Below the pieces are notes generated by a model. It was not told the DNA's origin. It saw only the letters and a list, made by a program, of their open reading frames with translations, and did not search any database. A DNA stretch of 57,378 nt, the filler included, from Basidiobolus ranarum (taxonomy: Eukaryota), in NCBI GenBank assembly GCA_040143965.1. It is 2 parts of 2 records of this genome, joined end to end, with 100 filler letters (N's around TTAATTAATTAA, not from the genome) between each part and the next. Parts side by side here need not be neighbours in the genome. Positions count along the whole stretch, not along the records: positions 1 to 28,668 come from JASJQH010006987.1; 1 more part is not named here. One strand, given 5' to 3'. Of this stretch, positions 1-11,685 are shown piece after piece. The stretch's first letter is position 1, and each line of letters starts with the position of its first letter. A program made the translations under genes and the position numbers.

Positions 1-1146
1 ACTAAGAGCAATGTGGACGCTGGAACCGTTTATGAGACTGTTACTATCAAGAACAATGCCCCGGTATCGATCGGCGCGCAAACTTTCACCGTCACAGGAT
101 CTCACGGTCAAGTCGAAACTATTGTTGAACGTACTATTGTTGTCCTACCTACCGTTGCCCCTCAAACAGTAACTAAGACCAATGTTCGCATTGACTCCAA
201 TGTCGATGCTGGAACCGTCTATGAGACTGTTACTATCAAGAACAGCGCTCCTGTATCTATCGGAGCGCAAACTTTCACTGTCACAGGATCTAATGGTCAA
301 GTCGAAACTATCGTTGAACGTACTGTTGTTGTCCAACCTACCGTTGCTCCTCAAACAGTTACGAAGACCAATGCTCGCACTGACTCCAATGTTGACAATG
401 GAACGATCTTTGAGACTGTTACCGTCAAGAACAACGTCCCTGTGTCTACCAGCGCCAAAACCTTCACCGCCACAGGATCAAATGGTGAAGTCGAAACTAT
501 TGTCGTACAAACTGTTGTTGTTCAACCTACTGTTGTATCTCCTGCAGTCACCAAGACTAAAGTTCGCACTGACCACCATGGTGATATTGTAACCTTACAT
601 GAGACTGTTACCGAAACTGTTACTGAAACTGTTACTGAGAAGAACAATGTACGCACAATCACCGTCACGGTCCCTACTGGAGCACACACTTTCACCGTTA
701 CAGGATCTAATGGTCAAGTCGAAACTATCGTCGAGGATACTGTTGTTGAATCAAACCGAGCATCGCCAACGAAATCCAATACTAAGGCTACCCTTTCAAT
801 CGATTCTCTGAAGCATCGAACTGTCGGTAACTCTTATAGTTGTGCCCCTGGTTGTGCCACCTCCACAGTGACACAGCAATTAGAGGTTGTTCGAACCGTG
901 TTTGTAACAGGAAAGGTTGCTCGTACTCATAGATTTTCTGATACTGTCACACTCACGAAAACCAATCAAGTGCGTCCAACCAATGCTATATGTGAACATG
1001 GAGAATTCAGGTGTCTAGAATCTGGAGTTTCCCCCGTCTTCTTCCAATGTAGTAATGGAGAATATTTCGAAGATTATTGTGGTAAAGGAACCGTTTGCAA
1101 AACTAATGGTAAATCAGTTATTTGTGACTGGGCTGAAATAGCGTAG
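1..1146 (+). CDS. Thr/Val-rich repeat cell-surface protein with C-terminal CBM19-like chitin-binding domain (5' partial)
   Basis: Frame is open from base 1. 63-aa (189 bp) repeats start at 13, 202 and 391. The C-terminal CEHGEFRC...FFQCSNG...CGKGTVC...ICDW cysteine pattern is typical of CBM19. Confidence 0.75.
   Translation, partial: TKSNVDAGTVYETVTIKNNAPVSIGAQTFTVTGSHGQVETIVERTIVVLPTVAPQTVTKTNVRIDSNVDAGTVYETVTIKNSAPVSIGAQTFTVTGSNGQVETIVERTVVVQPTVAPQTVTKTNARTDSNVDNGTIFETVTVKNNVPVSTSAKTFTATGSNGEVETIVVQTVVVQPTVVSPAVTKTKVRTDHHGDIVTLHETVTETVTETVTEKNNVRTITVTVPTGAHTFTVTGSNGQVETIVEDTVVESNRASPTKSNTKATLSIDSLKHRTVGNSYSCAPGCATSTVTQQLEVVRTVFVTGKVARTHRFSDTVTLTKTNQVRPTNAICEHGEFRCLESGVSPVFFQCSNGEYFEDYCGKGTVCKTNGKSVICDWAEIA
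13..580 (+). repeat. 189-bp coding tandem repeat (about 3 copies, plus a degenerate partial copy near 680-750)
   Basis: VDAGTVYETVTIKN..TFTVTGS.GQVETIV units spaced exactly 189 bp apart. Confidence 0.9.
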
Positions 1147-1466
1147 TCTTTAGATTAGATCAATATGTTCAAATTGAAATAAAGAGATTCTTATTATTGA
1201 AATTCCAAAGCTTTTGTAGTTATATTTTGATTATGTGTTGAATAATTTTCGTGACGGAATATTCATTTATTAATGTTCCTTCTAATAGTTATCAATTTAG
1301 GGTTAAGTTGATTTGATTGGTTAAGTTGATTTGATTCATGGGATATTTGTTCTTTTTACTTTTCCTTAAATGACACCAAAAGTTCAGGCTGTATATTATA
1401 TGTAGCAAATAACCTTTATATAATGACATTGTTTGCAATCGACATAATTATGTGCCATACAAAAGT

Positions 1467-2708
1467 TTAACATTGTTTGTGGCTGTCGCGAGTCTCAGTA
1501 GACTTGCGAGAATTGTGGTTCTCGGAAGACTTGTGAATTCCATGAGTCTCGCTGGGCTTGTGAGAGTCGTGAATCTGGTAAGAATCGTGGGTTTCTGAAG
1601 TCCTGCGAGTTTCGTGGGTCTCAGGTGATTTGTGGGAGTTGTAACTCCGAGTAGTTGGGTGAGTTTCTTGAGTCTGCTCAGACTTATGGGTGTCGTAACT
1701 GGCGGTTGACTTGTACGAGTCGTGAGTCTTTGCAGACATGTGCGTGACATGGATCTCGGCAGTCTTAGGAGTTTCATGAGTGTCGATAGACTTATGCGAG
1801 TCGTAAGTCTCGGTACGCATTTTAGAATCGTACGTATCCGTAGACTTGTGAGAATCGTGGGCCACAGTAGATTTCTGAGTATCATGGGTCTCCGTATACC
1901 TGTGAGTATCATCAATTTGAGTGGATTTAGGAGCGTCACGGGTTCCCGTCGACTTACGAGTGCGAGTTTCATTAGAATTGGGAACGTCATGAGTCTCCAT
2001 AGACTTGTAAGAATTGTAGGTCGCGATAGACCTGGGTAATTCATGAGTCTCAGTAGTTTTGGGCGATTCGTGAGCCTCGGTAGATTTGCGAACGTGGAGA
2101 CTATCAGTAGACCAGTGATTGATGTGACTCTCTTGGGAACTTTTGTTGTCATCAGTATCAGAGGGCCTGTGAGAGTAGTGAGTCTCCGTAGGGCTGTGAG
2201 AGTCGTGAGTCTCGGTAGATTTGGGAAAGTTGTGGGTCGCAGAAGACTTGTAAGTGTCGTGAGTGTTAGTTGACTTAAAAGTATTGGGTGTTTCAGTAGG
2301 GTCGTCAGTCTCGGTGGACTTGTTGGTGACGTGAGTCTCGGTAGGCTTAGAAATATCATGAGTCTTGGTAGGTTTGTGAGTGTCGTGAGTCTCAGTAGAT
2401 TTATGAGTATCAGGAGTTTCGGTAGTCTTAGAAGTATTATGAGTCTTGGCAGACTTGAGGGTATCGTGAGTCTTGGTAGGCTTGAGAGTGTGGTGAGTCC
2501 CGGTGGACTTGTGGGTATTGTGAGTCTCGGTAGACTTGTAAGTATCGCGAGCCTCAGTAGGCTTGTGAGTGTCGTGAGTCACTGTAGACTTGTGAGTATC
2601 GTGAGTCTCGGTAGACTTGTGAGTATTGTGAGTCTCTGTAGACTTGTGAGTATTGTGAGTATTGTGAGTCTCGGTAGACTCGTGAGTATTGTGAATCTCG
2701 GTACTAAG
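1467..2708 (-). CDS. His/Thr/Ser/Lys-rich 9-aa repeat protein exon (THDTHKSTE)n; no usable start, so either a spliced exon or a truncated gene
   Basis: Open frame 2708->1467 built from 27-bp repeats. In-frame TAG at 2709-2711 lies just after an ATG at 2720. The ORF-track start at 2582 is GTG. Confidence 0.55.
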   Translation of the reverse strand, partial: LSTEIHNTHESTETHNTHNTHKSTETHNTHKSTETHDTHKSTVTHDTHKPTEARDTYKSTETHNTHKSTGTHHTLKPTKTHDTLKSAKTHNTSKTTETPDTHKSTETHDTHKPTKTHDISKPTETHVTNKSTETDDPTETPNTFKSTNTHDTYKSSATHNFPKSTETHDSHSPTETHYSHRPSDTDDNKSSQESHINHWSTDSLHVRKSTEAHESPKTTETHELPRSIATYNSYKSMETHDVPNSNETRTRKSTGTRDAPKSTQIDDTHRYTETHDTQKSTVAHDSHKSTDTYDSKMRTETYDSHKSIDTHETPKTAEIHVTHMSAKTHDSYKSTASYDTHKSEQTQETHPTTRSYNSHKSPETHETRRTSETHDSYQIHDSHKPSETHGIHKSSENHNSRKSTETRDSHKQC

Positions 2709-2734
2709 CTATATAGTCATATATAGCTTAGTAC
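2701..2734. repeat. Perfect 15-bp inverted repeat with a 4-nt loop
   Basis: GTACTAAGCTATATA-gtca-TATATAGCTTAGTAC. Confidence 0.9.
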
Positions 2735-3325
2735 TTAGTTATCTTATAATGAACTAAGATATTATCCATTATTCTCATAAGGAATTTACTTAGAAGTTTG
2801 AAGATATATAGATTTTTTAAAGAAGCCCCAAACTTTGCACACATGTTCCTGAGACCTTCCTTAACACATTCTACACATTAGTTTGTTTACATCTTGACAA
2901 AACTACAAATGCCAACTTTCTACTCAATAAATCAATAAGTGAAAACCACCAATTCCTCTAATTCTCCAAACCACTTCCAACAGGCTCCCAAATACTTTAA
3001 CATAAACATCAAGTGTTTGGTCCTAAGCTCTGACATTGATAGTATGTAGTACTAAACACGCAAGATATAAGAATCTGCTTGTCACTGATACATATTTACC
3101 TTGCCATACTTGTGGTGTTACTTAATGGTGTATTATGTGGATTTTAAGGAAATGAGCAGTCCGCACGCGGGAGTCGATTACCATTGGCTTGGCTGCCGAA
3201 AATACCAAATTATTGAAAGGCTTAATTATATTGAATGCCTTGGTGATGTAATTTTTTTCATCAACAATTATTTATTTACCATAACCAAAGCCAACCGCGT
3301 TAGTTGATTTCTTCTGAAGTAAACA

Positions 3326-5337
3326 ATGTCTAACCAAATTCTTTCAGTCGGGTGTATACCTCCTAACGTAAATGATCTCGAAAAGACACTAGAGTGTTCG
3401 CAAGAAGGAGGGTTTAACTTCCTAGTCACCCAGATCCTTCAAAAGTCCGACAATCCCGAAAAGGAACCAGCTAGTTTAGAGCCAAAGCCATTTCAAGAAA
3501 ACCAACTAATCATTAAGAATTCATGTCAGTATATTTGAAGCTTCGACCTTCTCTTGTAAACTTTTTTCTCACTAATTTAACATAGTTTCCGCCGAGAGCA
3601 TTGTGGCCCAAGTGTCCGAATGGATTGATTTCGAACATGATGATCATAGCTTGCGCATTTCTTCTGAACAGGTGAGAACTGTTTGTAAGCCAAAAAAAAC
3701 CCACAATAATATAGCTAATATTTTACTTAAAGGCATTCAGGCAGCAAGTTGAATGGGCTTCATATAATGGTGTTTCTGCAGTACTGTTACCTACTGTTGC
3801 CCGCATGAGCTCAGTGGTGAATTTTGCGAGATGTGTTAATAATTCCATCGATTTGCTACGTTTTTCGGGAATTTGGGCTCGAGTTCCCCTGCATTCCGCC
3901 ACTAATAACGAAAACGACGCTTGGTTGAAATGGAATCAGCTACGTACTCTATGTAGCCACAATCCTGCTCTTGGAATTGCTCTGGAACTAACCAAACACC
4001 TACCTGAAGATGAAAGCGTCCTTCGACGATGGCTTGCGGAACCAATTCGTTCGGTTATCATCCCAACTGACATATTTACACTGAATGCAAAAGGATACCC
4101 CGTTCTTGGTAAACAGCATCAAAAGTTCATTAATGAACTTTTCCGATTAGGTCCATATTTTATTCTTTCTGGCGATGATTCGGAACTTTTTGGCCAAGGG
4201 CAAGAGTCTCTCCATCTTCAATATTTAAAATACTTATACCGTATTAAGCCCGATCTTACTCTATTGGAGCAACATGCTGATGGTTACGAGGATTGCTTAC
4301 AAGCTCCCTTACAGCCACTTATGGACAATTTAGAATCATCTACATATGAAGTTTTTGAGCAATGTCCCATGAAGTATGTTCAATACGAAAAGGCAGTGTA
4401 CCATGCTCTCTTGGAGCGCGTTCCCCCCAACTCCGATATCACCACGGTAATCATGGTGGTTGGAGCGGGACCACGTGGTCCATTAGTTCAGTGCAGTTTA
4501 CGTGCAGCTGAGAAGGCTCAGCGCAAGGTAAAACTCTACGCCGTTGAAAAGAATAGACATGCTTTTGTTACGCTTCAGGCTACGAAAGAAAGGATTTGGG
4601 GAGATCAAGTAGAGATCGTTTTTGAGGATATGAGAAAATGGAAAGCGCCTGAATTGGCAGATATACTCGTCAGTGAACTCTTGGGATCTTTTGGAGACAA
4701 TGAGCTATCACCTGAGTGTTTGGATGGGGTCCAAAAATTCCTAAAGCCAGATGGGATCTCTATTCCACAATCCTATACTGCTTACATATCCCCTTTGTCT
4801 TCAGCCAAGCTTCACAAAGAAGCTTGTAACTATAAAGATCGTAAGAATCTGGAGACTCCCTACGTCGTTATGTTTAAAGCTGTTCATGAATTCGCTGCTC
4901 CGCAAAAAGTATGGGACTTTACACATCCCAACACTCAGGTCCACGTGGACAAAGATGGACATCCATCCAATAATCTGCATAATACTCGCTACTCCCATAA
5001 CATATTTACCAGTACAAACGGAGGTGTTCTCCATGGCCTTGCAGGCTACTTTGACTCCGCACTGTATAAAGGCGTTGACATCAGCATTCATCCCGAAACT
5101 CACACGCCCTCGATGTTTAGTTGGTTCCCTATCTACTTCCCCATAGAAACCCCCATCCAAGTGCCCGAAGGAGCTAAAATAGAAACTCATATCTGGCGAC
5201 TCACCGATCAACGTAAAGTCTGGTATGAGTGGTCCGTCTCTGTTTCCATGGCATCACCCAACCACCAAAAAGATATTATAATCCACACCACGCCAATCCA
5301 CAACTGTGATGGTAGATCATCTTGGATAGGCTTGTAA
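3326..5337 (+). CDS. PRMT5: Protein arginine N-methyltransferase 5 (PRMT5/Skb1/Hsl7), 3 exons
   Basis: LQAPLQPLMDNLES, YAVEKN, DILVSELLGSFGDNELSPECLDG and MFSWFPIYFP motifs. Introns approx. 3525-3585 and 3672-3732. Confidence 0.95.
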
Positions 5338-5908
5338 CTCAGCTTCCATTTGTATAATTTTTGACATAGATATGTGTATGTTAGACACGCCGATGTATAT
5401 TTATTTATACAGCTTTCTACTCTTTACTATTTGTTAATCAACAATCATGTCTGTTGCTTACAATCCCTAGTCCACATTCGCACATCCACATCCACCCACA
5501 TCCCCATTAAAAAGAATATGTGCACATTATTCGAGCTCTTAGCAAGTATTATAAGATATTTTTGAAACGCCCGAAAGCCAGAATTGCTGTAAGGCTTAAG
5601 CGAAAAAAAAGAAAAAAAGGAGGGAAAATTTTTAGGCCATGTAAATCCCCTATTTTTCCCAATCTTTACCCTATGTTATTATTATGTGTACGTCACCTAT
5701 TAAAATTAAATCATTTACTTATCGATATTTTGATTCTTGATTTTTTTTTACATCAAAATTCATTAATTTGTTTGATTTGATCTAAGGCATACTTAGTGGG
5801 ATCCCCCTCCTTGCTGAAAGTTCCTCTAGGAAAAAAAGTCTTTTTTCTGTTTTTTGTCTTTCTCTTTCTTTCGCCATAGAATTGGTTTGTTGTTAGTAAT
5901 TCTTCAAC

Positions 5909-7494
5909 ATGGCTCAAACTGAAGCTATCCAGGTAGATCTAACTACCCTCAATCCCTTATCCCCTGAGGTCATCTCTCGCCAGGCTACCATTAATATTGG
6001 TATTTTTAAACGCTTCCTTGAGCCATTTCATTTCTGAAAGTTAACCTTAATACAATGTGTAGGTACCATTGGTCACGTAGCTCACGGTAAATCCACTGTT
6101 GTCAAAGCTATCTCCGGTGTCCAGGTATATTCTTTCTTCGATACAATGTTACTTATTTTATGTATATTAATCTTCAATACCAATCTTCTCGTCAAATAGA
6201 CTGTTCGTTTCAAGAATGAACTCGAGCGTAACATTACTATTAAATTAGGTTATGCTAATGCCAAGGTACGATGTGTTCATTGAAACAATCAAATCATACT
6301 TCTTATTGGATTACTTGTACTCACACCGTTACCTTTTGAACATTACAGATTTACAAATGTGACAACGAGGCCTGCCCCAGACCTGGATGTTACAGATCCT
6401 ACCGTAGTGATAAAGAAGAAACTTTCTCATGTGAACGTCCATTCTGTGGTGGTATGATGAAGCTCCTTCGTCACGTCTCTTTCGTCGATTGCCCTGGTCA
6501 CGACATTCTTATGGCTACTATGTTAAACGGTGCAGCTGTAATGGACGCCGCTTTGTTATTGATTGCCGGTAACGAATCTTGCCCTCAACCTCAAACCAGT
6601 GAGCATTTAGCTGCCATTGAAATTATGAAGTTGAAGCATATCATTATCCTCCAAAACAAGGTTGATTTGATTAAAGAAAGTGCAGCTGAAGAACATTATC
6701 AAAGTATCCTTCAGTTCGTCAAGGGTACCGTCGCTGATGGTGCCCCTATCGTTCCTATTTCCGCTCAGTTGAAATACAATATCGATGCCATTAATGAATA
6801 TATCGTCAAGAAGATTCCCGTTCCTGTTCGTGACTTCACCACTGACCCTAGAATGATTGTTATCAGATCCTTTGATGTTAACAAGCCTGGTTCCGAGGTT
6901 GATGAGCTTAAGGGAGGTGTTGCTGGTGGTTCTATTCTTAACGGTGTTTTGAGAATCGGAGATGAGATTGAAATCAGACCTGGTATCGTCTCAAAGGACA
7001 GTGAAGGTAGAATGGTATGCAAGCCTATTCTCTCCAAGATCATCACTCTTTTCGCTGAGCAGAATGACTTGAAGTTCGCCGTCCCCGGAGGGTTGATTGG
7101 TGTTGGTACCAAGGTCGATCCTACTCTTTGCAGAGCTGATCGTTTGGTCGGTCAAGTATTAGGATCAGTTGGCAAGTTGCCTGCTATCTACTACGAACTC
7201 GAAATCAATTACTTCCTTCTTAGACGTCTTCTCGGTGTTAAGACCGACGATAAGAAGCAAACCAAGGTACAAAAACTTACCAAGGGTGAAGTACTCATGG
7301 TAAACATTGGATCCACCTCTTCTGGCGGTCGTGTTTTGGGTGTTAAGGGAGATTTGGCCAAGATCATGTTGACCCACCCTGCCTGTACAGAAGTTGGAGA
7401 GAAGATTGCTTTGAGTAGACGTATTGACAAACATTGGCGTTTGATTGGTTGGGGTAAGATCAAGAGAGGATCCACCATTGACTCTGATAATTAG
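5909..7494 (+). CDS. GCD11: Translation initiation factor eIF2 gamma, multi-exon
   Basis: [40 protein letters not shown] and HWRLIGWG motifs. ATG at 5909 and three short introns before 6350. Confidence 0.97.
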
Positions 7495-7855
7495 ACTATA
7501 TAAGCTATGTTTCATCACTATTATATAAAGAAAACTCAGCAAACCATGAGTCCTTTTCATTAAACCAAAAATATAAAGAATTCAATAATCAAACATCATT
7601 GGTGCTTAGTGCTCGTTTGTTTATAACCAACGAATCCAACATCGTCGTGCTCTTGTTTATCCGCTAACCTACATATACGGTAAAGGTTAGGGTTAGGGCT
7701 AGAAACTAAGAGACACTGGCAAGAAATCGTATATTCCATTGATGTATGCATGTGAGGTGTAAAGGGATGTGAGAAAAGAATAAATGTATATTTGAAGCAA
7801 GATATTGATTATCCAAGTTTTATTGTGTATAATTCGTGTATAATTCTTAACAAAT

Positions 7856-8461
7856 CTAGAACTTGGCGAATTGCTTGCTGCCTTGAGCTTTCTTCTGAAC
7901 CTTGAGAACGTTGAAACGGACAGTCTTGGACAAAGGACGGCATTGTCCAACGGTAACAACATCACCGGCTTCAACACGGAAACAAGGGGAAACGTGAGCG
8001 GCGAGGTTCTTGTGACGCTTCTCATAACGGTTGTACTTGGGAATGTAGTGAAGGTATTCACGACGGATGATGAGAGTGTTCTTCATCTTGGTGGAGATGA
8101 CAACACCGGAAAGGATACGTCCACGAATGCTGATATCACCGGTGAAAGGGCACTTCTTGTCGATGTAAGTACCTTCGATGGCCTCCTTGGGGGTCTTGAA
8201 ACCGAGACCAACATCTTTGTACCAGCGGAGGTTGCGGCTCTTCTTACCAGAGGCAACTTTAGCGTTTTGGAAAATACCAACTTGCTTTTGGAAAGCCTTC
8301 TCAACCTGGACGAATCGAAAGCAAAGGTTAGATTTGTGTTGATATTAAGATGAGTTTGAACATCTCTACGGAAGAAGTAGCGTCCGCAAGTGGGTTACGC
8401 TACTCGTTCTGATGATAGCCATAGCCTTATTGAAAATGAATCTTACTTGCTCAGCAGACAT
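7856..8461 (-). CDS. RPS11: 40S ribosomal protein S11 (uS17), 2 exons
   Basis: [13 protein letters not shown]...[10 protein letters not shown]...[11 protein letters not shown]...[12 protein letters not shown]. Intron approx. 8307-8446. Confidence 0.97.
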
Positions 8462-8958
8462 GATTTGTAAAAATTAAGGGAAAAACGCTTCCGCTAAAGA
8501 GAAAAAAGAAGGAACTCCACAACGAAAATCCTCGTATTTTGTTACCCTACCGAACCCGAATCCATTTTGGAGGAAAATTTTATTTTATTACCCAGGCCCC
8601 CAGAGATCACTCAATGATTGGTTCAAGCAAGGAATTTTTCATGAAAAAGAATTTATCAAAAAAAACCAGAATTACAAGTCAAATTGAACAAGTACTATCG
8701 AATAGCGCAAATAATGGATTCTATTTACTGATTCTATAGACTAATTGAGGTTAATTCCAAACAATGATTAATTTTGCTTAGCCACCACGCACCACACTCA
8801 GACGTTACTAGGTTGATGTAGATAAGAAAAGTAAAAAAAAAATTAGTCGCTTCTGATTTTGGGGACCGAGTAATCTTCTGTCATAAAATATCTGGTGAAC
8901 TGAGAGGAGAGTTCCCCCTCTTACTTCAATTATCCATCGGCTGACTTTGTATCCAACG

Positions 8959-9470
8959 ATGGTCAGTATAGAATCCACCTACTTTGACGTTATCTCTCCA
9001 ACAGAAATCTAATCCTTTGTAACCCCAATTACAGGCTAAAGTCAAGGCTTACGAACTCCGCAACAAGTCCAAAGATGAACTCAAGAAGGATCTTGATGAG
9101 CTCAAGCAAGAGCTTTCTTCTTTGAGAGTTCAAAAGATTGCTGGTGGTGCTGCTTCCAAGTTGACCCGCATGTAAGTATCCAGATTATTGTTCGTTAGGT
9201 CTTATGGGCTAGAACTAACGGATTTTTTTTAGCAATGCTGTCCGCAAGTCTATTGCCCGTGTCCTCACCGTCATCACCCAAACCGAACGTCAAAACATTC
9301 GTCTTTTGTACAAACAAGAAGGTCGTAAGTATCTTCCTTTAGATCTTCGTCACAAGAAGACTCGTGCTATTCGTCGTCGTTTGACCAAGTTCGAGACCAC
9401 CCGCAAGACCCTCAGACAACAAAAGAAGGATATCCACTTCCCTCAACGCAAGTTCGCTGTCAAGGCTTAA
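8959..9470 (+). CDS. RPL35: 60S ribosomal protein L35 (uL29), 3 exons; not in the ORF track
   Basis: ATG|gtcagt, then [18 protein letters not shown]...[11 protein letters not shown]...[17 protein letters not shown]...[10 protein letters not shown]. Confidence 0.97.
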
Positions 9471-9924
9471 GTGCTTTCTAGTTTCTATTGATATACTCCT
9501 GACGCAACTTGTCGATTGATGAGGAATTTGTATTCAGGCAAATGTCTCCCTTAGCAAGAAAATAAATCGTTTTAGTAGACTTGTTATCGTTGTTCTTATA
9601 AGAGTGTCATTTCATTTCAGTTTTCCGTTGTGATACAAATGTGTTATGTGGTCAATTAGGGTTTATTTCCAATCCACACTGAGATTGAGCGCTTGGATAT
9701 CGCTTGAAAGATAAACTGTTCATTACTGATGTATATGCATTGAGTATCGACTTCATGTATCTCATGTCTGCTAGAAGTTCAGGTATATTGATGCATTGTT
9801 CAAAGGTTCTGAATCCGTAATATGTGATAAAAAGTGAATATTTATGAGTTAAATATCGAACTAGTGTAAAGGAGTATATTATATATTATCGCGATGTATG
9901 CATATTAAAGTTATCATAGATGGC

Positions 9925-11247
9925 TCATCGATCGAGGTGATCCTGGCCATAGGAGATAAAGACATCCCAGAAATAATCAAAATCTTGAGCGTATCCACCT
10001 AGTGTATCTAGCACTCTTAGGCCACCAATCTTTTGAAGACCTGGGGCAAGTGGTACAAAGTCAAGAGAGAAGTCAACGGAGTCGTTTGCAGGAATGTCTC
10101 CTAAGGTTTTACTAGAATGGCCCGTGATTAGAATGGATCCCATCTTTGCTTTGTTTGTAGTAAGGTTGGCACGCATAGGTGAGGATGTACGATTAATCAT
10201 TCTGCATTGAACTCGGAATGGCTCCTCTAAGAATATGTCTTTTGGTATTTCTATTACGTTTAATTCAATCTTTTCGAGCACAGGTGGCTTACGCATAAGC
10301 GGACTAGTTTGAAGTCGACCAAATTCACCTAATACTGAGCGCCACATAATATCGAGTTTACCTAGCACGTTCGTAGTGCGAGCAGTAATATCATTTGGTT
10401 TCTTCGGACTCAACATATAAACGTATTGACGTACATCTTTTGGTGATAAAAAGTCACCTACTCCAAATATGCTAGGTTGATCTTCACTAGGTGCTCTCTG
10501 TTCGTTACTGGGATATGAAGAATCCTTTACGATCTGATTTAAGTCGGTGTGGCTGAAAGGCTCCGCCGGTTCGAAACGTAAATTCTCAAGATGCATAGAA
10601 CTTGCCGCTACATTCTGTAATTGAATTTCCAACAACATTTTACCACCTTGACTGTTATTTACTTTTGTTTTTACAGCTAAAGGATTTTGAATTTGAAATT
10701 TAAAGAATTTTCGAAAGAACTTCCTCTCTTCAGTATGAGTAAGGTACTGAACTGAACAAACCAAAATATGAATACCAAGTTCTTTAACTTCGTGTTGAAC
10801 TACGAGTTCGTTGGTTTGATTGGGCACGAAGTTTTCAAGTGGTGCAGTGGTAGTATCTGCCAAAGGAAAGCGTTTTGAAGTGGTTTGAAGTTCAACTTTT
10901 ACACTAAGTTCTCTAACTAGTTGGGTACTCTCATTATTTAGACAGAGATAACAAGTAAGATATTCACCAAGATAGATGTTCCCCCAAGAATTAGGTAAAA
11001 TTAACGTTTCGCTTAGACCAAAGTCTCGGAGTTTAAGGGAATTCGTATCTTCAGTAATTCCACCTTTCTTCTCAAGTACAATGGGATCGTTAAGAGCAAG
11101 CTGTTGTAAAGTTTCAGCAAGTGAACTCGTACCATTTTCATAAAATATTGGTTGTGCCAAAGCTAAAGATGGTCGTGAAAGTCTCATAAGTTTTAGACCA
11201 ACTAGTTGGTCATCTTTATCCGAATTTTGAGTTTGCGAAGCAGCCAT
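9925..11247 (-). CDS. TRAPPC13: Trafficking protein particle complex subunit 13 (DUF974)
   Basis: LKLMRLSRPSL, LPNSWGNIYLGE, HEVKELGIHILVCSV, FRKFFKF and LGKLDIMWRS..GE.GRLQTS motifs. Confidence 0.92.
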   Translation of the reverse strand: MAASQTQNSDKDDQLVGLKLMRLSRPSLALAQPIFYENGTSSLAETLQQLALNDPIVLEKKGGITEDTNSLKLRDFGLSETLILPNSWGNIYLGEYLTCYLCLNNESTQLVRELSVKVELQTTSKRFPLADTTTAPLENFVPNQTNELVVQHEVKELGIHILVCSVQYLTHTEERKFFRKFFKFQIQNPLAVKTKVNNSQGGKMLLEIQLQNVAASSMHLENLRFEPAEPFSHTDLNQIVKDSSYPSNEQRAPSEDQPSIFGVGDFLSPKDVRQYVYMLSPKKPNDITARTTNVLGKLDIMWRSVLGEFGRLQTSPLMRKPPVLEKIELNVIEIPKDIFLEEPFRVQCRMINRTSSPMRANLTTNKAKMGSILITGHSSKTLGDIPANDSVDFSLDFVPLAPGLQKIGGLRVLDTLGGYAQDFDYFWDVFISYGQDHLDR

Positions 11248-11685
11248 TGATACTCTTAATTTTGCAAACTGATTATAAGAGAAGGAATTTGTCTACAAGA
11301 GAAACGTATAGTCGAGATGTACAAAATCAGGACGAATACTTCTCCAAAGAGTTTTATTACCTAGATATGGTGATAAGGTGTGACGCGGGCTTATAAGCCT
11401 ATATTCCATTAAGTGAGATTTAGTTAATAGGTAAGTACGAGCTATGATTGAATTTAATCATAATATTGGTCCAAATAAATACAAACTTGATTTGTTTTTA
11501 TTTCAAGTATGGTTATTTTCTCTCACATATTTCAGACTAGCATATAGAGAGGGAATATAATTACAGAACATATTCAAAGAGTAGATAGTAGTCTTAAAAA
11601 TATCCTTATCGTCTTCTTTTTAAAACCATTTATAGAGTAAACTGTATATTCTGAAGTCATCGAACATAGAGATCTACTTGAAAAT

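Noticed and set aside
1301-1336. 18-bp direct tandem duplication GGTTAAGTTGATTTGATT
   Set aside because: Simple slippage duplication in intergenic DNA.
1448-2726. Long alternative-frame and antisense ORFs over the His-rich repeat
   Set aside because: By-products of the stop-poor 27-bp repeat.
7687-7698. TTAGGG x2 telomere-like motif
   Set aside because: Only two copies, between convergent genes. Compatible with chance.
7871-8353. Antisense ORFs over RPS11 (likewise RPS20, RPS13, eIF2-gamma and RACK1)
   Set aside because: Typical shadow ORFs of highly codon-biased genes.
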